From Monocercomonoides exilis PA203 (lineage: Eukaryota; Protista; Preaxostyla), in NCBI GenBank assembly GCA_001643675.2, contig LSRY02000004.1, forward strand, positions 1,178,001 to 1,242,000: 64,000 bases of DNA, given 5' to 3'. The notes beneath the pieces are model-generated. The model did no database searches. It had not been told where the DNA came from and worked only from the letters and a program-made list of their open reading frames with translations. Each line of letters opens with the position of its first letter. The first letter of the stretch is position 1. This document shows, one piece after another, positions 1-13,941 of the stretch. Made by a program: the position numbers and the translations under genes.

Positions 1-577
1 TTTCTTTTATGGTTTTTTTAAATTCATTTTATTTTATATATTACGTGTTATTCTTCATTTATTTTTTATAACATTAATAACTGCTCAATATTAACAACTT
101 TTTGAATTTCTTTTAATTGCAAAGAGGATAGCATCGATGAAATCTTCCTGTTTAATAATTTCTTTTCAAAATACTCAAATTAAAGCAAGTTAAAATCTAT
201 CTGTTATTTAACATAGGAAAATAATTAAAAAGGAGTCTCTATTCAAAAAATCAAAACGTTTTATACGAACAATTGAAATGAAAACATAGAAATAAAAATA
301 AATTATTCAGTTGCTCCAAAAAAACAAGAAAAAATTTTTAAATTACATTAATATGATTAAACAGTGAAAATAATATATGAAATCAGTTTTATTGAAACGC
401 AATATTCGGCGATAGGGTGACAAAACTGAAAAGAATAATACTCAGCAATATATGATGGTAACGGAATGATCAACATTTCATGATCATTTTTGATCTTATT
501 TTCAGATCAGTTAAACGTTTGCGACTTTTCATAAAGAATGACCCATATAATACATTTTTTTCGTTTGAGTGAAGAGG

Positions 578-1850
578 TTATGCGCGATGATGGAAAAGAA
601 ATAAATTAACATGATGATTGAAAATGTTGTCATTTTGTTGCACTGGATGCAATTGAGGAATTTTTCCGTTTACTGTGATTTTCGCATTTGTGGAACAGAA
701 GGTTGGTGTTTGAAGAGGAACAAACGTTGAGGCGAGAAGTGTGAGGAAGGCATCTTGCAGGAGGGAAATGAAGCCGGTGAGGGCATACTCGATGGTGGCA
801 CATGGGGTCTGTTGGGGTCTGCCACAGGCATCAGAATTTGTTCCATTGATGGCAACGATTTTGTTCTGGTCGATGATCGGAAGCCATCCATTGTACACAT
901 CGCTATCTGCAGTTCCTGCGTTCCACACTCTTTTTGCTGGGGTTGTTGATCCACAATTCTCAAATGGGGATTGGGTGATGGCATTACCACTGAAGAACAC
1001 ATCATTGCCCCTGCCATTTTTTGCAGTGTTGCCATTGAAAAAGCAGAAAGTGATGAATCTAATTTCGTTCATCCAAGTGAATGTTGCATCCAAATAGATG
1101 GCGGCTCCGCCGCGTGTTGATGAAGTTGATGTCAATTCATTATTTACAAATTGGCACTCATTGATTGAAAAATGACTTGGTTTATTTTGTGGAGGCCAAT
1201 TGAATGTTAGAGAACCAGCAGAATCGCCACCAGAATTTGAAATACACTTGCATTTGGAAAACAGGAATTGAGCATTTGATGGTATCCTTTCGAGCCTAAA
1301 ATACCAACCAGTTCCACACCAATCAGTTATTGAACAACTTTCAACTTTATTTTCCGTAAATATCCAAACAGCATTTGCTTGTGGATTCCATATTGCGGAT
1401 GCTCCTCCATGAGCAACCGAACAGCTTGTGAAATTGGATTTTGAGATCTTGACATTTAATAAATATCTACAAAACAATGTTCCTCCTTCCCAGCCACCTG
1501 TGCAAGAACAATTGTTGAATGAGTATGAAAAAATCGCAAGGTTTGCATTTGAACATACAACAAAGAGTGCACCGCCCGCAGATCCATTTCCTCTATACTA
1601 TTCATTCCATTTGCACAATTAAAAGCGATAGCTATACAATTCAGCAAAGGGCAATCAACATTATTTCTCTCTGTGAGATTCAGATCCATTATATTTTACA
1701 AGTTCATTTGATAAAAATCTTGTCTGATGGAGAAAAGAGGCGTTGAAGGCATAAAGAGAAGTGGTAGGGCTGTTGAGGTTGGGAAGGATAGCATAATAGA
1801 TGATAGTTTGTTCACTATGAAATATTGAAACTAATTTGAAAAAGATAATA
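578..1850 (-). pseudogene. Fragment of a Cys/Asn-rich beta-helix (pectin-lyase-like) surface protein, same family as 55007-62631
   Basis: ORF 578-1477 has GGAAIY and GRGNDVFF motifs, xxCxFxxN repeats and the module NKIV..GT.S.ACG....PC.T..YAL. Upstream pieces (1456-1689) are in other frames, so the gene is disrupted and truncated. Confidence 0.65.
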
Positions 1851-3049
1851 CAAATAAAGAAAACTTTTGCATAATCTTTCTTTATTCACAAGAATCAATG
1901 TTAATCATGACAATAAAAAAACAATTCACACGTTTTTAAAATTATTCTTTCGACAAATCTTTCAGAACATCTTGTTGAACAATGAAATTTAAAAAGGTTG
2001 TTAATAAAACTCTGGATAACATTTTTTCGCATTAGCATTTGAAAACTTAAATAATTGTGTAAATGAATAATCAAAATAACTCTTCAGTTGTTAACTCCAT
2101 TCCAAAGTCATCAATCATTGAACAACTCACATTAAGAATAATCAAAAATGGGTTGTTGAAAATTTTCATGAAAAAAACTTTGTTTTCATATCTTCAAATT
2201 TTGATTTTGTTTAATGAGAATTTTATTTATAATAAACATTAAAATGTTATTTGTTAGAAAATGTTAAATGATGTGTTTTTGTTTTTGAGAATAATTCTAA
2301 AACATATTGTGACAATCGTTTCTTTAACAAGTACAATTATGAAAATATATACTGTTTATTGAAATTGGTCTCTTTATTGGCATTACATCGTGCAAAAAAT
2401 ATTTTTGGATTAAAAACGATATTTTTATATGTCAATTTTTTGTTCACATTTTCTTCACTTCACTCCTATTTTGAAAAAGATTCCACTTGCATTTCAACTG
2501 TATAATAAGTGTTATTTCTCAAATATAGTTGCATAATCTATTGCATCTTTAAATATTGAAAGTCGGTTGTTTTTATTGGAAACTTTATGATAAAATAAAA
2601 CAAATAATCAAAATAAATTATTTCCAATATCTTAATCTCTGAAGAAAGATATGGAAAAATGATGATGGTATTGGAATTTTCTTTCAAAAAGTTCAATTAT
2701 ATTATTAAAAACAGATATTTTAATATCACTGAAAGATTTTATTTTGTTTTATTTATTTTTTATTTTTTTTTTTTGAAAATAGGAAGGAGGGGTGGAGAGA
2801 GAAATATTTACAACAAAAGAGTCTTGAGAATCAATTTGATAATTCAGGCTCATCGAGAATAAATAACTTTTCAAAAAGAGCACACTGTGATGGACATTTA
2901 TAGTTTGCATTTTATTATTGCTTGATGATGAGGAGATTGTTTTTAGGCTCTTTCTCCTCTTTCAAGTTTTTTTTTCACAACAGGATCCTCTCATTTTTTC
3001 GTTACAAACATTCATTTATCATCAATGAGAACAAACAGGTTTCGTTCAT

Positions 3050-6000
3050 AATGTGATTCCCCATCCAAATCGTTCAATTGTCGAAAAGTTTTCAATTTCA
3101 TCACAAAAGCACCTCATCGCTGTTGAGCTTCCGCTGCTTTGCTTTCTTCTCCTTCACATGGTCAAAATAACGCTGTGCAGTCTCTGTCTGCATTTCTGTG
3201 TCTCTCTCTGGATCATTCAGCAGAGCAAGAGCCGAAGACGCACCTTCCACCAAAACTGATAGTCCGGACACAAAGTCCTCTTGGTTGTGCAAGAGATATT
3301 TTACAAGCTGCCTTTTCTTCGTTTCCAGCGCTTCCAAAAATTCTGAATATGTCTTCTCCAAAACAAGGAGTTATTATGTTGCTTCATTCATAAGTGATAG
3401 AATCTTCTCGTTGTCTTTTGGTCGACATTTCACAAAATGACTGATTTCTTCGTTCACATCATTAAACTTTATCTGAAAATTGATTCTTATGTCGAGAAAG
3501 TCTGAAAACTCCGATGAAAGTCTATGCATTTTATCGATTTTTTCCACTGAAACATCCACGCTTTGAGTCGTCTTAGTCAGCGATTCAACAATTATTATTA
3601 TCCGATAACAAAGTTCAGCATCAAGTGGATACGCAACGGCAGTCCGCCGCTTCAAAAGCTGAACAAAGAACTCTTGAATGACAGAGGCAAACGAAAGCAC
3701 AACTGATGGGATGACTAACGATGTATAAAATAAAGTGACAAGGTTTGCAATCAGCGGCTAGGGTGGCGGTTGGATCAGAACAGAACCTGATCGCGCAATT
3801 CCCATTGAAATCTTGTCGAGTGAGAGCAAATTCCGCGAAATTGCTCCGATTGAGCTGAAAATGCTGTTGTGTGACACTGGTCCATATTCACTTAAAGAAG
3901 AAGTTAAAGATGATGAAGAAGAAGGTTGCATGAATGCCATAATTGAGGAAGGCAGAGAAGATTCAGTAGATAATGGAGAATATCGATAGTTTGAGAGCTC
4001 AGAAGTTGAAGATGAGGAAACAGAGCCAACAAAGGCAGAGGTGTACGTGTTGGTTGACGAAACTGTTGTTGACTCTGATGAGACTGTTGCAATGGAAGAT
4101 GTCGAGCCGCCAGAATGCGAAAGGCCACCGCCCATTCTGTTGAATTCAATGAGGCCAATTTCATCTCCTTTGCGCTTTTTCGCATCTCCTCTAAAACTAA
4201 ATGGAATCTTCTTTTCAGACAGCAAATCGAGGGAATAAGGCTGTGACGCAGATGTGCTTGCTCCAAATGAACTGAATTGTTGTTGTTGTCTTTGCTGTTG
4301 TTGGTTCACTTGTTGAGAATGGATGTTTTCTGTTGACTTCAGCGTTGACAGTTCATACGACCGGAAGATGTGCAAAACAATGTTCACCAACTGCTCCCAC
4401 ACTGTTATCTTCTTCATTCCTCTGAGCAGATACTCTCACTCCGCTTCGAAAAGCTGCTTTATCAGCTCCGTCTTGTCCATCTTCGAGTATGCCTGGTGGA
4501 TGTGTGTTGGAAGCGACACAACTTACACAAACCGCATTTCGCAAAAGCTGCACACATATGGCTTGTCATCTGGAACGAACTGAAGAGGAGATGTTGGATC
4601 GGGAGTAACTCGTGACTCCACCACGGCAAACTTGAGCTGCTGGTTCTTTAAAAAAGAAAATAATATTCTGCTCGTGTGTCAATGCACAAACAGGCTGATG
4701 CGAGCTGACAGATGAAAACGATCTGTGGTTGAACCTGCAACCTGCACGGAAAGAGAAGGAACCGTTTCGAGAATGCCCAAAGGACTGGCGAGAAAAAGAG
4801 GCTGATGGACTTCGTGATGTTGTCAATGAAGGAAACACAGAAAGAGAAGCCGAGCGGCGCAATGGTGTCTGCTGCCCAGGGGATTGAAAAGGCGATGGAG
4901 AAGCATACTGGACAGGAGAGCCAAAAGCAGACGTTGCAAACGAAAATGCACGAGTTGATGGCGCGAAGCCGATTTCGGTGGTAGATTGGTCAGAAAAGAG
5001 CGAGGCGAATGTTGACTGTCTGTTTCGAGAGAAGGAAAAGTGGCGCTGGTGCAATATCTGATGCTGTGCAATATGCTCCAACTGAACAGGTGGTGGGCTC
5101 TGTGGCAACGGAGTGCTGTTTGGAGGAGAGCCAACAAAAGAGGGCTTTTCTGCTGTTTGCGTTGATGAGGCATGTCTCATCCACTGAATATAAAATGATT
5201 TTTAAAAGGAAAGTATTGCAGGAGTTTTGAGCCTCCAAGCCGAATTGATAATCTTCGACTTTGCTGCTTGGAAAGCGCAGACATTGCTCCTGTTCCTTCA
5301 TTCAATCCTGCACTCCCATTGAATCCAGATGAGTGGTGTGAATATGAAGCACCATCGCTTCCTTCTCCCTGTAAAAGAAATAGCAACTCGTACAGTTGTG
5401 AAACGTGCAAATAAGGCAGATAACGATGATGAGTGGATGAACACACCGCTAACTCAGCTCGTCACACACTTAAACAGGATTGGACTTGAACAGAAGATCG
5501 AACATTGAAAATCGCTCGTTAAGCGCTTATGCAAATTCTGTGACGTTCGGCAAGGAAGCTACAACAAGCATCGTTTCCTTCAGCAAAGCATTGGTTGAAG
5601 ATAGCTCATTCCAGATATGTGGAGGCATTTTTTCAGGTTCGGCGTTGTCTATCTGCTCGGAATGTTCAGTGTTGTCTGCATCAGCCCCCATCTTGTTGTT
5701 TTGCAGAATGTTGTTCGTTGAATACTGCAGCGGAGAAAACAGGTCTGTCTTCCCAAGAAGTGTTGTAGCTGATGAGGCATTTTCCTTTTCTGCAAAGCGG
5801 AATCCTTCCATTTCTAATGTCTCAAGTGGTGTTTCTCCAGACATCATTGAAAATATTCTGTTCAACGTCTCCGAATGAGGATCATTGATTAGAGAAATAT
5901 TTGTATCGTTTATTCTGATTTGAACTATTTTTATTCTCTGGTATTTTTTCCTTGAATAATGACATTTCTTGTTTATCAGTTCTGACAACAAAATAAACAC

Positions 6001-6150
6001 AATATCATCTTCGAATTTTGCATTGATTTGTTCAGCAGTTTCAAGCCCCAATTCTTGTTCAAATATTTTCGATTCTTTCAGTCAGTTCTTTATCAACTTC
6101 TTCAAGAACTTTTCCGAATGAAAGTTTCCAAAATGACGCAATTTCAAGAT
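3050..6150 (-). pseudogene. Decayed large helical protein; possibly an ARF-GEF (Sec7/BIG-like) C-terminal region
   Basis: A chain of minus-strand ORFs (5527-6051, 5177-5446, 4566-5180, 4353-4553, 3758-4417, 3374-3700, 3101-3361) is separated by stops and frameshifts. YLPYLHVSQLYELLFLL and WEQLVNIVLHIF loosely recall BIG-type C-termini. The family call is weak. Confidence 0.3.
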
Positions 6151-6585
6151 ATGAATGTATAAATCAGTTTGAACTTCAAATTTCAGTCTGAGTGTGCTAA
6201 ATTTAATTTTATCTTCATTAATAATAAATAATAAATTACGAATTTTCATGTTTGGAAATTTTTATTATTTCCATAGATCATGGCAATTTGGGCATGAATT
6301 GTTTTTGTTATATTCAACACAACTTGATCAAAAATTAAAATTGGAATAGGAAAATGAAGTTTTTTGGATCGCGCAAAATGCACAAGTTATTTGTACGTTT
6401 CTGATCAAATAGCACTTAAAAACATTTTTCCCCGTTTTCATTTTCTGTTCATCTTAGTGAAAGAGGTTGAGAACAGCACTGAATTCATTATTTGAAATTT
6501 CATAATTTTGTATTTTCATTATTTTTAACTATCTTTGATCAATATTTATTTCTTGCTGATAAAATTGAAGAAAAGATATTTTTCT

Positions 6586-8538
6586 ATGTTCAATACCGGA
6601 AGAAAACATCACGGAATGAGCAGGAAGTCAATTAAAGCAGACGTTGATAGCATCGAAGAATTGCTTCGAAATATGCCATACGATAGAACCTTGCTTGTGT
6701 TTTCGAAGTTCATGAACGAAAACGATTTAGGCAAATTGCTTTGTTTTGATTACATGAAATCACCTCTTTGTTTGTATTTTTTATTGCAATAATTCAAAAT
6801 ATTTTTTCATCTTTTTCCTTTGCGTGAACATTTTTTTTCTTATTTATTAATTTTTCTTTCTTTCGAAACCTTCAATAAAGCACCTCTGACATGCCTTGTT
6901 AAAGAATTGAGATTTGCATTTAATGATGCTTCAATTCCGATAAAGAATAAGATGATACTAGCTCTTACGCAAAATTACTCTCAAAAGGAACTGCGCAATG
7001 AATTCGGATTCAATATCGAAGTTTCCTTATATGATGATGCTGATTGGATTCAACACAGAAAAAGAAAGCTGCTCACGAAGGAAAATACATTCAGAAGAAG
7101 GGAAATTAATAAAAACATCAGTGAGGAAATTTTGCTCAGTTTTGATGATGAAAGTGAGACATCATCGAGCAGGAGATATGACGTAGAAGACAATAGAAAT
7201 AAAGCATCTTCATTTTATCCTCTTCATGTTCAGTCTTCTTCTTCATCGTTGACTTCATTTCCTTCTCCTTTCTCATCTCCACCTTCCATCTCACCTGACT
7301 CTCCTTTCAACACATTTCATTTATCCTCCTTCGCTCCTATTTCTTCAATGAACACTTCTTCCTCTTTAGCGAGTTCTTCATCAAGTGCTTCTCTTCCTTT
7401 GCCATCAACATCATCACTTATTCATGAGCCTTCTCTAACAGAGAAAAAACACACCAAATTGCCGAAAAATATTACTTCAAAAAATATTTCGATTCCTTCT
7501 TTTTCTGTTCCAGTCTCATCAGTTGCATCTCCACAGGGAAATACATCAACGATCTCATTTTCTTCATTCACTTCGAGTTCTTCATCCATTCATTCAACAT
7601 TTCCACAATTGAAGAATTATACTGATCAATCAATGATGTCAAAGTTTCCGTCATCATCAAATGAAAATAACTCTTCGGCTTCAAATCCTTCTCAGTCATT
7701 GTTATCTTCTTCATTGCATTCCTCCTCCTCTTCTTCCTCACCAAACTCCTTCGCCAACATCTCCTCTTTCCCCATCATTTCCGTTCCCGATGTCTCTTCT
7801 CGCCCATCATCATCCATTTTTCTCGCATCCATTGAACCCCATTCATCTTCTTCCACTTCCTCTTCATCTTATCCTTTTTTATCATCTTCATCTTCTACTT
7901 CACTTGGAACACCACTTATCTTCTCCTCATCATTATCTGCTTCAGTTGATCGCTCATTTCCTCCGCATAACGCGAGCATTATTAACTCTGAAAGTGTTCT
8001 TTCCAATGAATCATATCCTTCTCCCGCGAACACTTCTTCATTGAAAAATGAAATCAATTCTACTTCCTCCTCATCCTCTCCTTTCGCATCAGCTTCCTCA
8101 GCAACAACAACTTCAGCTCAGCCTTCTTCTCTGTCTCCTTCCTCATCACAGGCTGCAGAAGCTTTTTCAACTTCATCTTCTATCCGAGCTTCATCAACTT
8201 CTGCACTTCCTCCTTTGCCTCTGTCGTCATCATCTTCCTCTTCCTCTTCCTCATTCTCCTTTTCTTCCTCTTCTCCTCCTCCTCCTCCATCTTTTAATTC
8301 TATTCCAAATTATTCATTTATTACATCATCATATTCTTCTGTTTCCTCCTCCTCCTCTTCCTGTTCTCCATCACCTTCCTCTTCTTCATTGCAACTTCAT
8401 CAAACTTTATCATCCACACAAAAAGAGATTATTCCTTCATCTTTTTTCTCTTCTTCTTCTGAACTGCCTCGCACTTCTTCCTCTTCCTCTTCATCATTTC
8501 CTTCCTCCTCTTCCTCTTCCTCTTCCTCTTCCTCTTCC

Positions 8539-8576
<38 letters not shown>

Positions 8577-10119
8577 CTCTTCCTCTTTATCTTCCTCTTT
8601 ATCTTCCTCCTTTCCTTCATCTCCCTCATCTCCTTCCCCTCCCTCCCCTCCCTTTTCAGCAACAGAAGACGGTTCATTTCATTCATCAGAATGTTCTATT
8701 GAGACTCCATTCCAAAATGAAAAATCCACAAGAACCTCTCAAACAGTTATTCAAGTATCGCTTTTTGCGAACTCTTCTTCCACAACTGCTGTTGCATTCA
8801 CAGCATCTTCTCCTTTTGATTCAAATTCTTCATCACCTTCAGGAAACTCATCACAATCATCACAGCAGTTTTTGAATACGAAAAATTCAACATCTGACAC
8901 ATATCATAATTTTTCTTTGTCCACTTTGAAGAATTCTCCTTCATTTGCTCCAGAACAATCATCTTTCTCACAACCACCAACTGCTCCAAAAGAAAAAACA
9001 ACTTTGCCATCTTCTTCAATTGATAGAATAGTTGATTATCTTAATAATTTTCAATTTGAAGCTGAAGAAAATATGGAAAAAAGAAAGAAAGATTCAAACG
9101 AACTATTAAAACCGTTTTCAAATGCACTCAAACGGGATGATGAAATCAAAGAGAAATCACGTTTATGTGTATTTCAACAATTGGAGTCGAAAAGAGGACT
9201 TGTGAACACAGGAAGTGTCTGTTCATTATCTTCTATTTGTCAATGTTTCGCTGCACTTGTCATTAACAGCAATCAAGTTGCAATGATGAACGATGAACAA
9301 GCAGAGTTCATTCAATTATTCGAAATGCTCCGGAAGTCAAAAAAGAACAGCAAAGTTTGGAATGGAACAGCTATATGGAACTTTTACGAATTGAAAATTG
9401 GACCAAGAAATGTGGCACAAAAACTGACTGATGTTTTTGATCAAATGTTGGATATGTTGTCGGATAAAAAGAATAAAATCTATCATATGTTTTCAATCTT
9501 CAGCCAAAACGTTCGTAAATGCACTCATTGTGAAAATTTATTAGTCTCAGACCGTGAAACAAAATATTATTTCACTATAAATGGATCTGACATTATCGGA
9601 GGCCTGGTAAAATTACTAACAAACATTAATCTTATCACAGAACAACGAAATCGAAGGTGTAATAGGTGTGAAACGGACCAACCTTGCATTCCATTCGTGC
9701 GTTTTGTATCATTTCCCGATATTCTTACAATTAATCATAATGTCAATGAATCTTTCAGGGTTGTCGCACCTCCAAAATCGATTGTGTTTGTTGAAAAGGG
9801 ACAGGGACAGAATGACTTGGAAATAAAAAACCCATTTATGTTAAAGGAAGAAAGGGATCTGATTTTGAAGGATACTGAGCGATCTATCGTTTATGATTTG
9901 GTTTGTTGCATTATTCACTCAACAGCAATATACGAACAAGGTCATTTTATTGTGATTGTCAAAAAGGATGTGAATAGACCGTCATATTCTTCTATTTTTT
10001 TGGAGTGCAATGATAATAGCGTGTCAGAAATATTTCCAGACAAATGGGAGGAATACTGGATTTCAATGTCACAAGAAAATTGGAAACCTTCTCTTTCTTT
10101 TTATAAAAAAGTCATGTGA
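6586..10119 (+). CDS. Two-exon gene: Sola-transposase-type N-terminal domain, Ser-rich linker and USP (peptidase C19) domain; no transposase core
   Basis: ATG at 6586, then a phase-1 intron 6770-6880 (GTTTGT...AAAG) joining in frame to ORF 6820-10119. Cys box RGLVNTGSVCSLSSICQCF, Zn pairs CTHC and CNRC, His box YDLVCCIIH..EQGHF..FLECNDNSV. Confidence 0.8.
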
Positions 10120-10197
10120 CATATTAGGCCTTTGCGACAAGTAAAAATAAAGCGAGGCATGTCGGTCGAATGACAAAATCAATGTCGAGAAGTGTTT

Positions 10198-10234
<37 letters not shown>

Positions 10235-10699
10235 CTAAATGTATTTTATATTCTTAAATATTCAGCTTGTATCTGAATACCCTTCTGACATGAAAATTTG
10301 AGAAAAATATATTTTTGAATGAACGAAAAATTGTATAAAAATCGTTTTGATAAAAAAATTTTTATGAAACTTCAATTATGAAAGAAGAAAGCCAAAACAA
10401 GAATTATTGAAAACAAAACTAATTTTTTTTAACTTCAGAAGATGAAATGAAAACACGAAAATGTTTCTATCAAACCAAAAACAAATAAAATAATTGAAAC
10501 ATAAATTTTTTTATTAATCCAAGAAAATATTCAGTTAAAGTACATACAATCGAAAAAACATGCAATTGTAAATTTTGAAGCGATACTGTTTGAATTTGTT
10601 TTCATCTGCCTGTTCCATTATTTGTTAATATTTTAGTGATCTTAATATATCACTGTCAATTGACTGCATCCAGTTTCTTTTAATATAATTGAAAAAGCT

Positions 10700-13130
10700 C
10701 ATTACAAATACAAATGAAAGTAGATGAGCTAAAGCAAAAATTGATTAAAAAAGCATTTCTTTAACATAAGGAACAAGAAGAAAATGGAATGAGTTAGGAA
10801 GGCTGATTGTTTTTTGTTGAAATAGCAGAATTTGATAAAAGCGAAGCCTGAGAAGATGGTGAAATGAACACAGGAGATTGAGGAGAAGGATACGAAGGAG
10901 TAATTGATGTTGAGTAATGAGGTGCAGATGCTGGATATGTGGAAATTGATCTCATTGGCTGATTATTTGGTGATTTTGCTGTTTGTTGGTGCTGTGAGTT
11001 ATGGAATCCAAAATTGGAACATCGTGTGTTGAAGAAAGAACTTCAATTCGATGAAAAGTTGGCTGGGAATCAAAATGAGACTGAAGCAAAGCTGGAGTTT
11101 CAGAATATTCACTATTTGAAGAAGCTTCATTGAACTTTCTAAGCTTTCTTCATTTTTCTCCTCATATAATGTCAGTTCTCTTTCAGTTTCTCTCCACATT
11201 TCTCTCAATTTCTATTTCCTTCTCTCTCCTTCTCCTTTTGCATATCGTCCTCTGTTCTCTACTGCGCATCTCCCAACTCACGAAAGTTCCGCATGCACAC
11301 AAACTTGTATCCCACATCTATCCTTTTTATCTTCATCATCAACGCAGCTGTTATCCCCAGAACTTCCAGTCGCTTCTCATTCAGCAGCTTCCGCCTCTTT
11401 CTTCAGCTTGTCGCGAATCTCTGCAAACTTCTTCTCGTCGTGCAGCCTTTACGCTTCTTCTTCTTTCTATTAATATTGGATTCGGCTCTGTTCAGCCTCC
11501 TCCTCCTTCCGCTGCTGCTTTTCTTGATCTGCCATTTTCTTTCGCTCACCTTTTACAATTTTCTCAATCTTTTTTTTTCTTTCTCTTCTCATTTCAGGTC
11601 CAATCTTCTCTGCACATATCGCTCTTCAATCTCCTGATGCTTCTGATTTGCTGCAATTGTTGCTTCCCTCTGCTTCTTCTTCTGTTTCTCTTGCCGCATC
11701 TGGATCTCCCTTCCTCCCTCTCCCATCCGAACTCCTTCGTTTGCTCGCCCTGCTGCACTCTTCCACGGTCTGTCGTTTTTTGTGTCTAATTCTTCTTTCG
11801 AGTCATCTGCTCCTTCTTTTGGTTCTGTTTTGCCTTTTTCACTTCTTTGTTTCGTATTCTTCAATCAATCTTGTAAACAATGTATCATCTCTTGCATTTC
11901 CCTCCGACCAATTCTTCCTCTCGTTCTCCAAATTCCTCTTGTTCCTTCTAAAGTGCAAGTTCATCATGATTCCCCAGACCTCCGCTAAAGACTCCTTCAC
12001 CCTGTCTCTCATGTCCTCGCCCAGCGTCTCTTAATCCATCGCTCGCAGATACTACACCCTCTCCATCATCTATTGCAACCCGTCGCACCTCTGCTTTTGG
12101 TTGATGTGCTGCCAGTTCCAGCTCTCTCGCTTCCTCCTCTCGCCTTTCAGCACATTCTGGATTGCCCACTTCCACATGTCCCACAGCCGCTTCCGCACAA
12201 CTTTCTGCCCTATGGCAATCGTGTCCAGCATCCAAAGATGCGTCGAATCGACGTTAACTGACTCAGCTGAAGGTGAAATTGAAGGTGATTGCAAAGAGAT
12301 GGGTTAATTGTGTGATGAAAAAGATGCAGCAACATTTGAAAAAGTTCTGTCGGAAGATGAAGATGAGAAAAGGCCAAGAGGAAGAAGCAGATGAATTAGG
12401 TGATGGAGATATACTGTTGTTTTGAAGTGAAGTCATCTCAAAAGGAGAATGATTGTTTTGAAGTGTTGCGAAAGTATATGCAATTAGTTGTCGTTGCTGC
12501 TGTCTGTTATTTTACTGCTGATGCAGCTGAGAATCAGAAATATAAGAATTTAATTTTGTCATTTGTGAGTTTGCTTCGCTTGATAGCAAAGTCTTTCAAT
12601 GAGCCGTTAATGGAATGAAAATAGATTGGTTCGCAATTTGTTGTGCATATTGCGAATGCGACATTGATGACATTGATGGAGAAAGTGTTTGCATGGAAGA
12701 GATTGCAGAAGGATGTGATGGAAGGTTTATTACAGAAGAAGTATTGTTTGAAGGAAACTTCAGGATGAGGATGGAACTGTAGCTGGAACTGTTGCTGCTG
12801 CTGTTGTTGATGAAGCAAATGTATGTTTTGGAAGAAGGTTTTAATCAGAAGGAGCGCAATTTGTTGCTGTGTCTGCACCAAAGACCAGAAATTGGGGCAG
12901 AACAAGGAGATGTTCTGAAATGAGATGGATGTGATGGAGGAAAGAGTAGAATGAGAAGGAGGAGGAGGAGAAGTTTCAAATCCTTTCTCTTTTTGTTGTT
13001 TTTTGATTGTTTCTTTCTGTTCTTCATCATCCTTATCTCTTTTCCTTTTTCCTTTTATTTTATTCTTCCTTTAAATCTTTCTCCTCCTCCTCTCCCTCTT
13101 TTTCTTCTTCTTCCTTTTTCATTTCATCAT
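10700..13130 (-). pseudogene. Degenerate cargo gene of hAT copy 1 (Ser/Gln-rich N-terminus, coiled-coil)
   Basis: Broken minus-strand frames read ...RVKESLAEVWGIMMNLHFRRNKRNLE..., homologous to RVKESFAEIWSIAMNEHYRINKRNLE in copy 2 (40081-40521). Confidence 0.6.
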
Positions 13131-13599
13131 TTTTTTCTGGATGAATGAATAAATTTAACACACGCAGGTTCAATGATTTTGTGCAAATTGACACTTTTTA
13201 TTTACTAATAATATAAGCCGCAAACAATTCTATCAAACTTCAATCTTTATTCATCGTATTAATTACTAAAAGCAATGGCTCTTGCAAACCTTTTTCGTGT
13301 GTTTTCCTGACATTTCCACAAATCTGAGTTTTTTTAAAAAAACTTCAAATGAGTAATTATTATGGAATTTTATTAAAAACTATTTTCAAATAATAACGTG
13401 AATAACTTGATTATCCGCAAGAAGATGAAGTGTTTAACAAAATGTGGTTTTGGACAAATAATGAATTAATCAAACAGACAAGGACTCAATTTCTTTTTAT
13501 TCTCAAAATTTTCCAAATAAAATATGATATTTTTGAAAAAAAATTAAAAATGTCCATTCACTGAAATTAAGAAATGTTTTCAAAAAAGTGAATCTGTTC

Positions 13600-13682
13600 G
13601 ACAGATTGATCTTTTCGACCGACTGATCTTTCGAACGACTGATCTTTGTCGTTAGACTGATCTCGACAAAGATCTGTCGATA
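13600..13682. repeat. Subterminal tandem repeats of hAT copy 1 (GACTGATCTTTCGA-like units)
   Basis: About 4-5 imperfect ~17-19-bp units. The same array occurs at 47570-47650 in copy 2. Confidence 0.75.
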
Positions 13683-13941
13683 ACCCATTGAAAATTTTTG
13701 TTTTTCGATAAATAAAATGTTTGTTTGTTCGAATCAAGTGAAATTTTATTTTTTTATTTATAAAAAAAATTATTCAATGGAAACAAAAGTGCATTTTTTT
13801 ATTTGAATGTTTTTTCGTTTATCAAAAAAGAAAAATTATGCTTAATGTCTTGTCGGTCGACTTGTCGAGCTAATGAAAAAATGTCGGTCTGTCGCAAAGG
13901 CCTATGACATATTTTTCACTTCAAATTTATTATTAACACTT

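Larger units (their letters stand above)
10125..13904. mobile_element. Non-autonomous hAT-like DNA transposon, copy 1 (3780 bp), with cargo ORF
   Basis: Perfect 15-bp TIR TAGGCCTTTGCGACA (10125-10139 and 13890-13904). Perfect 8-bp TSD TGACATAT (10117-10124 and 13905-13912). Subterminal repeats present. No transposase motifs recognised inside. Confidence 0.9.

Noticed and set aside
13600-13682. CRISPR-like short repeats
   Set aside because: There are no unique spacers, the context is eukaryotic, and the position matches hAT subterminal repeats.
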